Shown here piece after piece: positions 54,795 to 61,664 of a stretch of DNA of 64,000 bases. The position numbers were made by a program, and so were the translations under genes. Source of the DNA: a virus; the UHGV virus genome UHGV-0225074, one strand, 5' to 3'. The notes below the pieces were generated by a model. The model was not told where the DNA came from and did no database searches. It was given only the letters and a program-made list of their open reading frames with translations. Each line of letters opens with the position of its first letter. The first letter of the stretch is position 1.

Positions 54795-55195
54795 AATATT
54801 TGCAGGAATTCTTGATTAACATCTTGTAATTCCTGTGAATAGCTGGTAAAGTTTTTAAATGCTGTTTTTGGTTAGCGAAGTCAGAAACATCTTGCCTCTA
54901 CCGGGGCCGGAGGTTAAACTGCTCCGAACATAATCATATAGGATGATACTTAAACGTATGTTTCCGTCAGTCCGCACAATGATGCGGTTTGATCGAAATT
55001 GTCGAATCGCGAATTCGAAAGACTTCAACATTCAGCATTCAAAGATTATCGTTCAAAGCTTAATGTTTAAACTTGAAGCTTCTAAACCGTAAAGCTAAAA
55101 TTTCTTTGATTACTTAAATCCTGGGTATAGGATCTTAGCTCACAAGATATGGCTAACTGACTCCTCCAGGCTGTTAATCGGAAACAGCATTTCTT

Positions 55196-55268
55196 GCTCG
55201 TATAGCTCAGTTGGTAGAGCAACTCCCTTGTAAGGAGAAGGTCGTGGGTTCAAGTCCTACTGCGAGCA
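55196..55268 (+). tRNA. tRNA-Thr(TGT), CCA encoded
   Basis: GCTCGTA/TGCGAGC acceptor, loop CTTGTAA, T-loop TTCAAGT. Confidence 0.65.
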
Positions 55269-55277
55269 CCAAACAAT

Positions 55278-55349
55278 TTCTCGATAGCTTACTTTGGTTA
55301 GAGCGGTCCCACGATAGGGACGGTACAGGTTCGATTCCTGTTCGAGAAG
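55278..55349 (+). tRNA. atypical tRNA-like gene, anticodon unclear (6-nt loop ACGATA on GTCCC/GGGAC stem)
   Basis: Perfect acceptor TTCTCGA/TCGAGAA, D- and T-arms present, CCA encoded, irregular anticodon arm. Confidence 0.35.
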
Positions 55350-55354
55350 CCAAT

Positions 55355-55460
55355 GCAGGGTAGGCGGTTTGTCAACCGCGAGGTCCATCCAGACCTGAAA
55401 AATATGCCAGAACTAACAGTACGGCTAAATACATAGGTGGTTAGATTCCACCGCCCTGCT
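55355..55460 (+). tRNA. atypical long (106 nt) tRNA-like gene with about 38-nt insert in the variable region
   Basis: Acceptor GCAGGGT/GCCCTGC, D-arm GCGG/CCGC, T-arm GGTGG-TTAGATT-CCACC, CCA encoded; anticodon arm irregular. Confidence 0.3.
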
Positions 55461-55645
55461 CCAAATCTATTCTGCTAGGTTCTGAAACACTTAAAATCTC
55501 CTGCATCTAGTGGGGTGTGATCTCTGTGTCGGCTTTGATATCAAGTTGATGAAAGGGATGGCGTAGGCTCTTCTTCGCAAGTAGAGGCGCTTCGGAGAGG
55601 CAACGGCGGTTGTCAGGACATCGGGACTTCACAAAATAGATTTCT

Positions 55646-55731
55646 GCGGGATTGGTGGTATTGGCAGTACACACGAGGCTTAAGACTTCGTAGGCCTCTG
55701 GGCCTTGAGGGTTCGAATCCCTCATCCCGCA
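55646..55731 (+). tRNA. tRNA-Leu(TAA), type II, CCA encoded
   Basis: GCGGGAT/ATCCCGC acceptor, loop CTTAAGA, variable-arm hairpin AGGCC/GGCCT. Confidence 0.6.
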
Positions 55732-55740
55732 CCAGTTTAA

Positions 55741-55819
55741 GAGGGCGTATCTCAACGGGCTTCTAACCCGTCGTTAATCGAGTAATTGGAGTATGCGGGT
55801 TCGAATCCTGCCGCCTTCG
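55741..55819 (+). tRNA. tRNA-Arg(TCT)-like, atypical (no clear D-arm)
   Basis: Perfect ACGGG-CTTCTAA-CCCGT anticodon arm and T-arm, CCA encoded; only 7 nt between acceptor and anticodon stem. Confidence 0.3.
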
Positions 55820-55938
55820 CCAAATTCACAGGACAGCCGGGACGGGTTTACTCCGAGCTGTGGAAGCGTCGAAAGACTATAGGACACGTCTTGACCCGAA
55901 TGTGTGGGAGCGAATTGAAATAATCGGGTCCCCCAAAA

Positions 55939-56009
55939 GCACGGTTGCTGGAGTGGCAACAGCTTTCTCTGCAAAAGAAATGTCAGGTGTTCGATTCACC
56001 TACCGTGCT
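55939..56009 (+). tRNA. tRNA-Cys(GCA), CCA encoded
   Basis: GCACGGT/ACCGTGC acceptor, TTTCT-CTGCAAA-AGAAA anticodon arm. Confidence 0.6.
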
Positions 56010-56051
56010 CCAAGTTGTTGAATATTTTTATAAAAAATGATAAAATGGCCC

Positions 56052-56080
56052 TTGACAGATAAATTTAAATCTGATAACAT
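56052..56080 (+). promoter_or_regulatory. sigma70-like promoter (TTGACA-17-TAACAT)
   Basis: Consensus -35 upstream of 56098 gene. Confidence 0.35.
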
Positions 56081-56097
56081 TAATAAGTGGGGTTATT

Positions 56098-56448
56098 ATG
56101 GCAGTAAAACAACAACTTACAAAGCGTCGTAGAGGAAAAGGTAGACCCCTTAAAGAAGAGTCTAATGCTATTCAGCTTGAGAAGAATATCCTTGACCTTA
56201 AGACCAATATGATTGCTATGATTCCTGATGCTCATAAGGTATTGAAAGATCTTATGACAAGTGCCACAACAAAGGACAATATCAGGGAAAATATTGCTCG
56301 ATTTGTAATTGAGAAAGGCGAACAAATGCTTTCTGATTACTTCGATGAAGAGAATGAAGAAGCTGAAACAACTAATGTTGATGACAATAAGTCTACTCCT
56401 ATGAGTAGGCCGTTCACAACAGATATTGTTCAGTTCAAACAAGGTTAA
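56098..56448 (+). CDS. hypothetical protein with basic N-terminus (116 aa)
   Basis: ORF inside tRNA array; KRRRGKGRP. Confidence 0.5.
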   Translation: MAVKQQLTKRRRGKGRPLKEESNAIQLEKNILDLKTNMIAMIPDAHKVLKDLMTSATTKDNIRENIARFVIEKGEQMLSDYFDEENEEAETTNVDDNKSTPMSRPFTTDIVQFKQG

Positions 56449-56450
56449 TT

Positions 56451-56531
56451 GGCTCGTTGGCAGAATGGCTATTGCAGCGGATTGTAAATCCGTGCCCTTC
56501 GGGGTTCCTGGTTCGAGTCCAGGGTGGGCCA
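56451..56531 (+). tRNA. tRNA-Tyr(GTA), type II, CCA encoded
   Basis: Loop TTGTAAA on GCGGA/TCCGT stem; variable-arm hairpin; T-loop TTCGAGT. Confidence 0.55.
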
Positions 56532-56540
56532 CCAATTAAT

Positions 56541-56613
56541 GGGAGTATAGCTCAGTCAGTAGAGCGCTCGACCGATAATCGAGAGGTCGCAGGAGCAAAG
56601 CCTGCTACTCCCA
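56541..56613 (+). tRNA. tRNA-Ile(GAT), unusual T-loop AGCAAAG
   Basis: GGGAGTA/TACTCCC acceptor, CTCGA-CCGATAA-TCGAG anticodon arm, CCA encoded. Confidence 0.5.
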
Positions 56614-56706
56614 CCACTCTCCGTCATAGTACCGCATCCTGACGTTTCGGATTGCATAATCAAGGTACTGGGAACTAGTAAGATACTATGACGGGATCGA
56701 TTTAAA

Positions 56707-56780
56707 GCGTTATTAGTGTTAGCGGTCCAGCACTCCGTCCTTCCAAGTCGGAAGCATCGGTTCGAATCCGATATAACGCT
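56707..56780 (+). tRNA. tRNA-Gly(TCC), CCA encoded
   Basis: GCGTTAT/ATAACGC acceptor, loop CTTCCAA, ATCGG-TTCGAAT-CCGAT T-arm. Confidence 0.6.
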
Positions 56781-56864
56781 CCAAATACGCCCCTAAACTG
56801 ATGAACGTCTGCGCGGCTGGAAACACCCACTCAATAGTTCAGATACCCAGGGGCAACAAACAAA

Positions 56865-56937
56865 TGCTCCTATCGGCTAAATGGACAGGCCGTCAGACTT
56901 TCAATCTGGAAATCCGAGTTCGATCCTCGGTGGGAGT
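56865..56937 (+). tRNA. tRNA-Glu(TTC), CCA encoded
   Basis: TCAGA-CTTTCAA-TCTGG anticodon arm, CCGAG-TTCGATC-CTCGG T-arm. Confidence 0.55.
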
Positions 56938-56947
56938 ACCAAATAAT

Positions 56948-57048
56948 GGGTATCTAAGGCGAATTGGAAAACGCCCGGTGAAGTGGGTGCGCACCTTGTA
57001 GCTCACTGGCATACTTGCTGAGGTTCGTTTGAGTCGGACTGATGCCCA
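56948..57048 (+). tRNA. atypical long tRNA-like element (about 100 nt)
   Basis: Acceptor GGGTATC/GATGCCC plus CCA and a good D-arm GGCG-AATTGGAAAA-CGCC; anticodon and T regions do not fold canonically. Confidence 0.25.
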
Positions 57049-57055
57049 CCAAACA

Positions 57056-57135
57056 ATGTGCGGGTAACTTAATTGCTCCGGGAGCAAGCTGGTCTCCAAA
57101 GCCAGTCGTAAGGGGTTCGACTCCTCACCTTCATG
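57056..57135 (+). tRNA. tRNA-Trp(CCA)-like, acceptor stem poorly paired
   Basis: Good D-arm TTGC/GCAA and CTGGT-CTCCAAA-GCCAG anticodon arm; T-loop TTCGACT; 3' G-CCA; 5' end uncertain. Confidence 0.3.
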
Positions 57136-57154
57136 CCAGATAATGGGGGCGACC

Positions 57155-57285
57155 GGATGTTGAAAATGACTATGATCTACCGCTGCAACGGGAAATCTTG
57201 TCGGTCATAAGTAAGCATGGCGGCAACAAAATAAGCTGAGGATTGCAGTCCGATACTTAGCCTGGCTCGGTTTCAGGCGCCCTCA
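57155..57285 (+). ncRNA. long tRNA-like or structured RNA element bracketed by acceptor-like stem GGGGGCG/CGCCCTC
   Basis: Pairing termini only; internal fold unresolved. Confidence 0.15.
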
Positions 57286-57293
57286 CCGATTGT

Positions 57294-57366
57294 AGGGAGA
57301 TGGTGTAATTGGTTAGCACACGGGTCTTTGAAATCCGTAGTTCAGGTTCAAGTCCTGATCTCCCTG
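57294..57366 (+). tRNA. tRNA-Gln(TTG), CCA encoded
   Basis: AGGGAGA/TCTCCCT acceptor, CGGGT-CTTTGAA-ATCCG anticodon arm, T-loop TTCAAGT. Confidence 0.6.
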
Positions 57367-57563
57367 CCAAGTTTGAGTGTTTTCTTTTGAGAATACTCAT
57401 GCGTGGCCTAAGCATTTATCAGATGATGTTCAACCTGTGACGTTGAGGAAGTGGGAGCGATACCCACAGGTCACCCCAATTTGCAGATACGTGATTATCT
57501 CTATCTTCCCACGTCATGTGTTCTAGTCGAGATTTTCGTTTGTACGATATCTGCCGCGAATTT

Positions 57564-57651
57564 GGTGGAATGGTCGAGAGGTTTAAGACAGCACCTTGGA
57601 AAGGTGTAGGCCCCCAAAAGGGGTCCGTAGGTTCGAATCCTACTTCCACCG
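57564..57651 (+). tRNA. tRNA-Ser(GGA), type II, CCA encoded
   Basis: GGTGGAA/TTCCACC acceptor, GCACC-TTGGAAA-GGTGT anticodon arm, long variable-arm hairpin. Confidence 0.6.
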
Positions 57652-57672
57652 CCACTTTATGGAGGGTTTATG

Positions 57673-57828
57673 CAGAAACTTTTGCGTTGCAAGAAAGTGT
57701 TTGGACGCTGTAGGCTCCACGGTAGTAACTGTGGTGTTGCAGAAGAAATTCAATCAGTCCCTATTACTCGTGCGAAAGAAAAAGCAGATCTTCGTAAAGA
57801 AATTAAAGAACAATTGGAAGATTAACCC
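57673..57828 (+). CDS. possible small Cys-rich protein (51 aa)
   Basis: GGAGGG upstream (short spacing); C..C..C..C; stop lies inside tRNA-Ser(GCT) 5' end. Confidence 0.2.
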
Positions 57829-57905
57829 TAATCAGGTAAGGGATCTCTTTGCTAAAGAGACAGTAGCTCCGAAAGGGGTGTGCGAGTTCAAGTCTTGCAT
57901 CTTCC
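57816..57905 (+). tRNA. tRNA-Ser(GCT), type II, CCA encoded
   Basis: GGAAGAT/ATCTTCC acceptor, TCTCT-TTGCTAA-AGAGA anticodon arm, variable-arm hairpin. Confidence 0.55.
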
Positions 57906-57933
57906 GCCAAAACAACAAGGAGGAACAAATCGA

Positions 57934-58380
57934 ATGGCGACGAAAACTGTTTTGAAAACAGCCGAGCATGATGAGTGCCTTGGGAGTTCAACTCTCCCTT
58001 CCTCCGCCAAATATTGCAATGGGTGCGCAACAACGTATCCAATAAGCGAGTTCTACACGATAGGTAAGTACAAAGACAAAATGAAATATAAACCTTTGTG
58101 CAAACGTTGTGAGAATAAACGCAGAAAAGAAAGGAATCTTGAGATAATCAAGGAAGTGTTTGGAGAAAATCTCTGCTGCTCATCTTGTGGATATGACAAG
58201 TGCTTTGCTGCTCTTGACTTCCATCATGTAGATGCAGAATCGAAAGACTTCAATATCGCTAAGATGCTACTTGGGACGCCAGCAAAAGAGAAGCTGGCAG
58301 CAGAATTGAAGAAGTGTATGATTCTTTGTGCGAATTGTCACAGGGAGCACCACGCAGAAGAAAGATTATCGGGTAGGTAG
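57934..58380 (+). CDS. HNH homing endonuclease embedded in tRNA array
   Basis: AGGAGG RBS; CCSSCG ... FHHVD ... CANCHREHH HNH motif; 3' end overlaps tRNA-Lys(TTT). Confidence 0.7.
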   Translation: MATKTVLKTAEHDECLGSSTLPSSAKYCNGCATTYPISEFYTIGKYKDKMKYKPLCKRCENKRRKERNLEIIKEVFGENLCCSSCGYDKCFAALDFHHVDAESKDFNIAKMLLGTPAKEKLAAELKKCMILCANCHREHHAEERLSGR

Positions 58381-58443
58381 CCGAGCGGTCAGGCATTCGC
58401 CTTTTAAGCGAAGAGACGATGGGTTCAAATCCCTCCCTTCCCA
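58371..58443 (+). tRNA. tRNA-Lys(TTT), CCA encoded (T-stem weak)
   Basis: TTCGC-CTTTTAA-GCGAA anticodon arm, T-loop TTCAAAT. Confidence 0.45.
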
Positions 58444-58506
58444 CCAAATTGAATCGGTTAAAATAATTCTTGCAAAAGGTTGTTTTCACTGGTAAAGTAT
58501 TAAAAT

Positions 58507-58588
58507 GACGAGCTGGTTCATTGGTAGAACGGCGGACTGTTAATCCGCGAGCATTAGCTCTATGTAGGTTCAATTCCTACGCTCGTCG
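58507..58588 (+). tRNA. tRNA-Asn(GTT), long variable arm, CCA encoded
   Basis: GACGAGC/GCTCGTC acceptor, GCGGA-CTGTTAA-TCCGC anticodon arm, GTAGG-TTCAATT-CCTAC T-arm. Confidence 0.6.
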
Positions 58589-58598
58589 CCAAATTTAT

Positions 58599-58671
58599 GG
58601 GGATATGGTATTAGCGGCAAACATACTGGCCTGTCACGCCGGAGTCACGGGTTCGAATCCCGTTATCCTCG
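58599..58671 (+). tRNA. tRNA-Asp(GTC), CCA encoded
   Basis: CTGGC-CTGTCAC-GCCGG anticodon arm, ACGGG-TTCGAAT-CCCGT T-arm. Confidence 0.5.
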
Positions 58672-58678
58672 CCATCTT

Positions 58679-58749
58679 GGGAAATTAGTTAAGTGATATA
58701 ATGGCCTCTGGTGCTGAGGGCGTCTCCTGTTCGACTCAGGAATTTCCCG
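58679..58749 (+). tRNA. tRNA-His(GTG)? (anticodon loop TGGTGCT irregular), CCA encoded
   Basis: GGGAAAT/ATTTCCC acceptor, GTTA/TAAT D-stem, TCCTG-TTCGACT-CAGGA T-arm. Confidence 0.4.
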
Positions 58750-58894
58750 CCAATTTGATATGTTGATGTAAATTGCCGGAAGGCACTCAAAATGAGTTCG
58801 ACGTATCAAACCAATTGTACCCTAACGGGGCATGATATTAGCTAGCCAGCGATACCAGTTGCAGTGTCTGGGATAATTAAAATTCTGCACTTAT

Positions 58895-58969
58895 CTCTCC
58901 TTAGCGCAGTCTGGTCAGCGTGGGTGCTTTGGATGCATCGGGTCCCAGGTTCGAATCCTGGAGGGGAGA
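58895..58969 (+). tRNA. tRNA-Pro(TGG), CCA encoded
   Basis: GGTGC-TTTGGAT-GCATC anticodon arm, CCAGG-TTCGAAT-CCTGG T-arm. Confidence 0.6.
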
Positions 58970-59031
58970 CCAAATAAGGTTTATCGTGGGGCGATGGAAA
59001 CTTAGTTAACCATGCGACGGTAAAAATTAAT

Positions 59032-59101
59032 GTGGGTGTCCTGACGGACAGGCAACGGTCTACGAAGCCGTTTGATGTAGGTTCGAGTCCTTCCATCCAC
59101 A
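59032..59101 (+). tRNA. tRNA-Arg(ACG), short D-loop, CCA encoded
   Basis: ACGGT-CTACGAA-GCCGT anticodon arm, T-loop TTCGAGT. Confidence 0.5.
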
Positions 59102-59108
59102 CCACCAT

Positions 59109-59181
59109 GGGGCTGTAGTTTATTTGGATAAAATCACAGGCTTGCACCTTGTAGAACTGAGTTCGATTCTCAGTGGCTCCA
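59109..59181 (+). tRNA. tRNA-Ala(TGC) with G3:U70, CCA encoded
   Basis: ACAGG-CTTGCAC-CTTGT anticodon arm, CTGAG-TTCGATT-CTCAG T-arm; G3-U70 AlaRS identity pair. Confidence 0.55.
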
Positions 59182-59350
59182 CCAAATGAAGAAGCCGGAC
59201 TCGGTGTACAACGACATGGCAAGTCTTCGGCGTTAAAGGCATCCCTGGTACAAATGTGCTTTACACGGAGCAAGGATTGATGAGTATATTGCCTATAAGT
59301 GCTTGTCATGGTATTTGTCCGAGGGTGGCATTCTCCCGAAGGATCGATTA

Positions 59351-59432
59351 GGGCAAGTGGCGAAATTGGTAGACGCACCAGATTTAGGTTCTGGCGTCCT
59401 ATGACGTGAGAGTTCGAGTCTCTCCTTGCCCA
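59351..59432 (+). tRNA. tRNA-Leu(TAG), type II, CCA encoded
   Basis: GGGCAAG/CTTGCCC acceptor, GCG-AAATTGGTAGA-CGC D-arm, CCAGA-TTTAGGT-TCTGG anticodon arm, variable-arm hairpin. Confidence 0.65.
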
Positions 59433-59441
59433 CCACACATC

Positions 59442-59524
59442 GGGTCGGTAGCTCAGTTGGTAGAGCACCTGATTGAAGATCAGGGTGTCGGTGGTTCGAA
59501 TCCACCCCGTCCCGCCAAACAATT
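59442..59524 (+). tRNA. tRNA-Phe(GAA), CCA encoded
   Basis: GCTC-AGTTGGTA-GAGC D-arm, CCTGA-TTGAAGA-TCAGG anticodon arm, GGTGG-TTCGAAT-CCACC T-arm. Confidence 0.6.
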
Positions 59525-59618
59525 CTCTGTGATGCAGGTTCAACTCCTGTCAGGACGGCAAAGCCTTCGGGTGGAGAGGTCGTGTGCGTGAAGTGGTTAA
59601 CGGCAGGGAATCCAATAT

Positions 59619-59691
59619 TGCGGGTTAGAACTCAGGGAGTTCATCGGTCTCATAAGCCGAACGAAGAGCAGTTCGAGTCTGCTACCCGCAT
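59619..59691 (+). tRNA. third tRNA with CAT anticodon (Met/fMet/Ile-lysidine), CCA encoded
   Basis: TGCGGGT/ACCCGCA acceptor, GAAC/GTTC D-stem, TCGGT-CTCATAA-GCCGA anticodon arm, AGCAG-TTCGAGT-CTGCT T-arm. Confidence 0.55.
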
Positions 59692-59737
59692 CCAAATTCT
59701 AATAACAATAAATTATTATATCTCCTCTCCTTTGCCT

Positions 59738-59768
59738 CGCCCCGCTCTTGCGGGGCTTTTCTTTTTCT
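59738..59768 (+). terminator. strong rho-independent terminator closing the tRNA array
   Basis: GCCCCGC-tctt-GCGGGGC hairpin followed by TTTTCTTTTTCT. Confidence 0.85.
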
Positions 59769-59805
59769 GGTACACTCTAAAAGTAGCTTATTAAAGGAGA
59801 CCAGA

Positions 59806-61263
59806 ATGATCCACACTTACGAGAAGAATGAGCATCTTCGAGAATACCGTTTACTGAAAAGTTTTTTCTCTGATGATATTTACCACATTTTACGCAGTCT
59901 TGATGTAATCATCGCAGGCGGCTCTATCACTGCACTTTTCACAAACCGGGAAGTTAATGACCTCGACTTGTACTTCCGTTCATGGGATGACTTGGAGATC
60001 TTCATTACTTACATGATGGACATAGACCTACGAAAAGGTGAACATGACCTGTCCCCTAAGACGATGGGATATAATGAAGAGAAACGTGTTTATCGTGATT
60101 TCTTCATTTTAGACAATGGGAAAGAGGTATGGGAATCCCGTGCGCCAAGATTCAAGGTTCTTTCTCAGAAAGTGTCTAAGCAAGAGATCGTGGAGATGGA
60201 AGATAAGTTTGCCAGTGACTGCCCTTTTGATCTGTCTGATATCTCTGAATCGACTTGGGATGGTATTGAAAAACTGCTCGAAAGTAGAAAGAAGAAAGTC
60301 TCATATGTTCGTAATATCGGCATGACAGACAAAAGCATTATGTTTTCAGATGGTTCTAATCCGGTGATGCAATGCATTGCATTCTCGGTATTTGACAACG
60401 CTGGTCAGATCTTTGATAAGTTTGACTACACCATCAACATGGGTGCCTTCTCATTTAGTGATGAAACATGGGTGTTTGACAGTCGTTTCCTTAAACATGC
60501 TGCACAGAAAGTGTTGGTTCTTAATCCAGCGACAGACTATCCGATCATCAGTATGCTCCGAGCGTCAAAGTACGAGGCCCGTGGGTATACAATCTCCCGT
60601 CGAGAAACAATGAAGTTGGGTGTTGCCGTCGCAAGTCTCAAAATGGAAAGCTGGGAAGATGCCAAAAAGCATCTTAGCGGTATGTATGGGACAAACGTTG
60701 AAGAACTCTTCGATACAAAAGAGCCGTTTTCATTTGAGGGATTATTTGATAAACTGGATAATGCAGGTGATATTGCTATCAGCACGATTGCCACTATCAC
60801 CGACAAGCGTAAAGGCCAACGGCGTTTTAATCTCGAAGCTAAAAATATCTTCAATGTTTTCCAACGCCTGCGTAAAAACACCGATCGCCTGTATTTCAAG
60901 GAATTCTGGGCTGTATCTAGTGCTGTGCATTTTTACATGATGCAGGCGCATACCGAAAAACACGTATTCGGCCTTAATAGCAATAGCATCGACAATCCAG
61001 AGATGCTAGATAAGATCAGGATTTATTTTGATCTTGATGCTGCACAAGAGAGGTACAAGCTCTTATGCAAGAATGGGGTTCAGGGGAGTTGGCACGTAGG
61101 GGAGATAGAACCTGGTGCTTGTCTGTTTAAGGTTATCGTGGAAGATCCGCTTATCCTTGAGTACGAAGGAGATGGGCGAGTGTCTTTAAACCGAGAAGAT
61201 AAGGCTCCTCGGAATAAGGTGACTATTGTTGAATTATTAGATTGTGATGGGGATATCTCATGA
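59806..61263 (+). CDS. nucleotidyltransferase-fold-like protein of unknown function (485 aa)
   Basis: AAAGGAG RBS; IIAGGSITALFTNREVNDLDLYF (GS ... DxD) resembles the Pol-beta NTase motif. Confidence 0.5.
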   Translation: MIHTYEKNEHLREYRLLKSFFSDDIYHILRSLDVIIAGGSITALFTNREVNDLDLYFRSWDDLEIFITYMMDIDLRKGEHDLSPKTMGYNEEKRVYRDFFILDNGKEVWESRAPRFKVLSQKVSKQEIVEMEDKFASDCPFDLSDISESTWDGIEKLLESRKKKVSYVRNIGMTDKSIMFSDGSNPVMQCIAFSVFDNAGQIFDKFDYTINMGAFSFSDETWVFDSRFLKHAAQKVLVLNPATDYPIISMLRASKYEARGYTISRRETMKLGVAVASLKMESWEDAKKHLSGMYGTNVEELFDTKEPFSFEGLFDKLDNAGDIAISTIATITDKRKGQRRFNLEAKNIFNVFQRLRKNTDRLYFKEFWAVSSAVHFYMMQAHTEKHVFGLNSNSIDNPEMLDKIRIYFDLDAAQERYKLLCKNGVQGSWHVGEIEPGACLFKVIVEDPLILEYEGDGRVSLNREDKAPRNKVTIVELLDCDGDIS

Positions 61264-61664
61264 TAAATTTTATCAGTGTGGTTTGGACCTTTATAAAGGG
61301 ACACACCAAACTGGTTATCATTGCTGTCCTTTCTCTGGCGCTCCTGTGGGGCGCTTTTGAAGTTAAGTGGTGGTATGATGACCAAATACAGCAGGCCTAT
61401 AGCCGTGGGGTTAATGATACGGATAACAAATGGGTTCTGCAAATGAGAAACAACAAAGATGCAAATCAAGATTTCAAAAATGGGCAGCAAGACTTCTCTG
61501 ATGAACTGAGTCGCCAGCTTGCAGAAGAGAAGGCTAAGAATGATTTACTTAGATCCCGACTCGATGAAAAACAACAGGCATATAACAAATCTGAAGCGGG
61601 TAAAAAGTTTGGGCTGGATAACGACTTTGTTGATATCTATAATGAAAGCTTGGGGGTCAAATGA
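61260..61664 (+). CDS. i-spanin (Rz-like)
   Basis: N-terminal TM helix then periplasmic coiled-coil; ATGA overlap with upstream gene. Confidence 0.55.
   Translation: MINFISVVWTFIKGHTKLVIIAVLSLALLWGAFEVKWWYDDQIQQAYSRGVNDTDNKWVLQMRNNKDANQDFKNGQQDFSDELSRQLAEEKAKNDLLRSRLDEKQQAYNKSEAGKKFGLDNDFVDIYNESLGVK

Noticed and set aside
54801-54835. CAGGAATT ... AATTCCTG hairpin after the 54147 gene as a terminator
   Set aside because: The loop is 17 nt and there is no following T-run. It is more likely a processing or structural element than an intrinsic terminator.
57596-57955. 119-aa plus-strand ORF
   Set aside because: It begins inside tRNA-Ser(GGA) and reads through tRNA-Ser(GCT). There is no RBS at any in-frame ATG outside the tRNAs.
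58842-59543. 233-aa minus-strand ORF across the tRNA array. Similar cases are 59293..59505, 56080..56535, 55507..55755, 55774..55974 and 57419..57655.
   Set aside because: Translations show the typical antisense-tRNA peptide signatures (GFEPT, RDSNP, WIRTTD, MDSNHRHPDLQSGALPTELP). They overlap well-folded tRNAs on the plus strand, so these are shadow ORFs.
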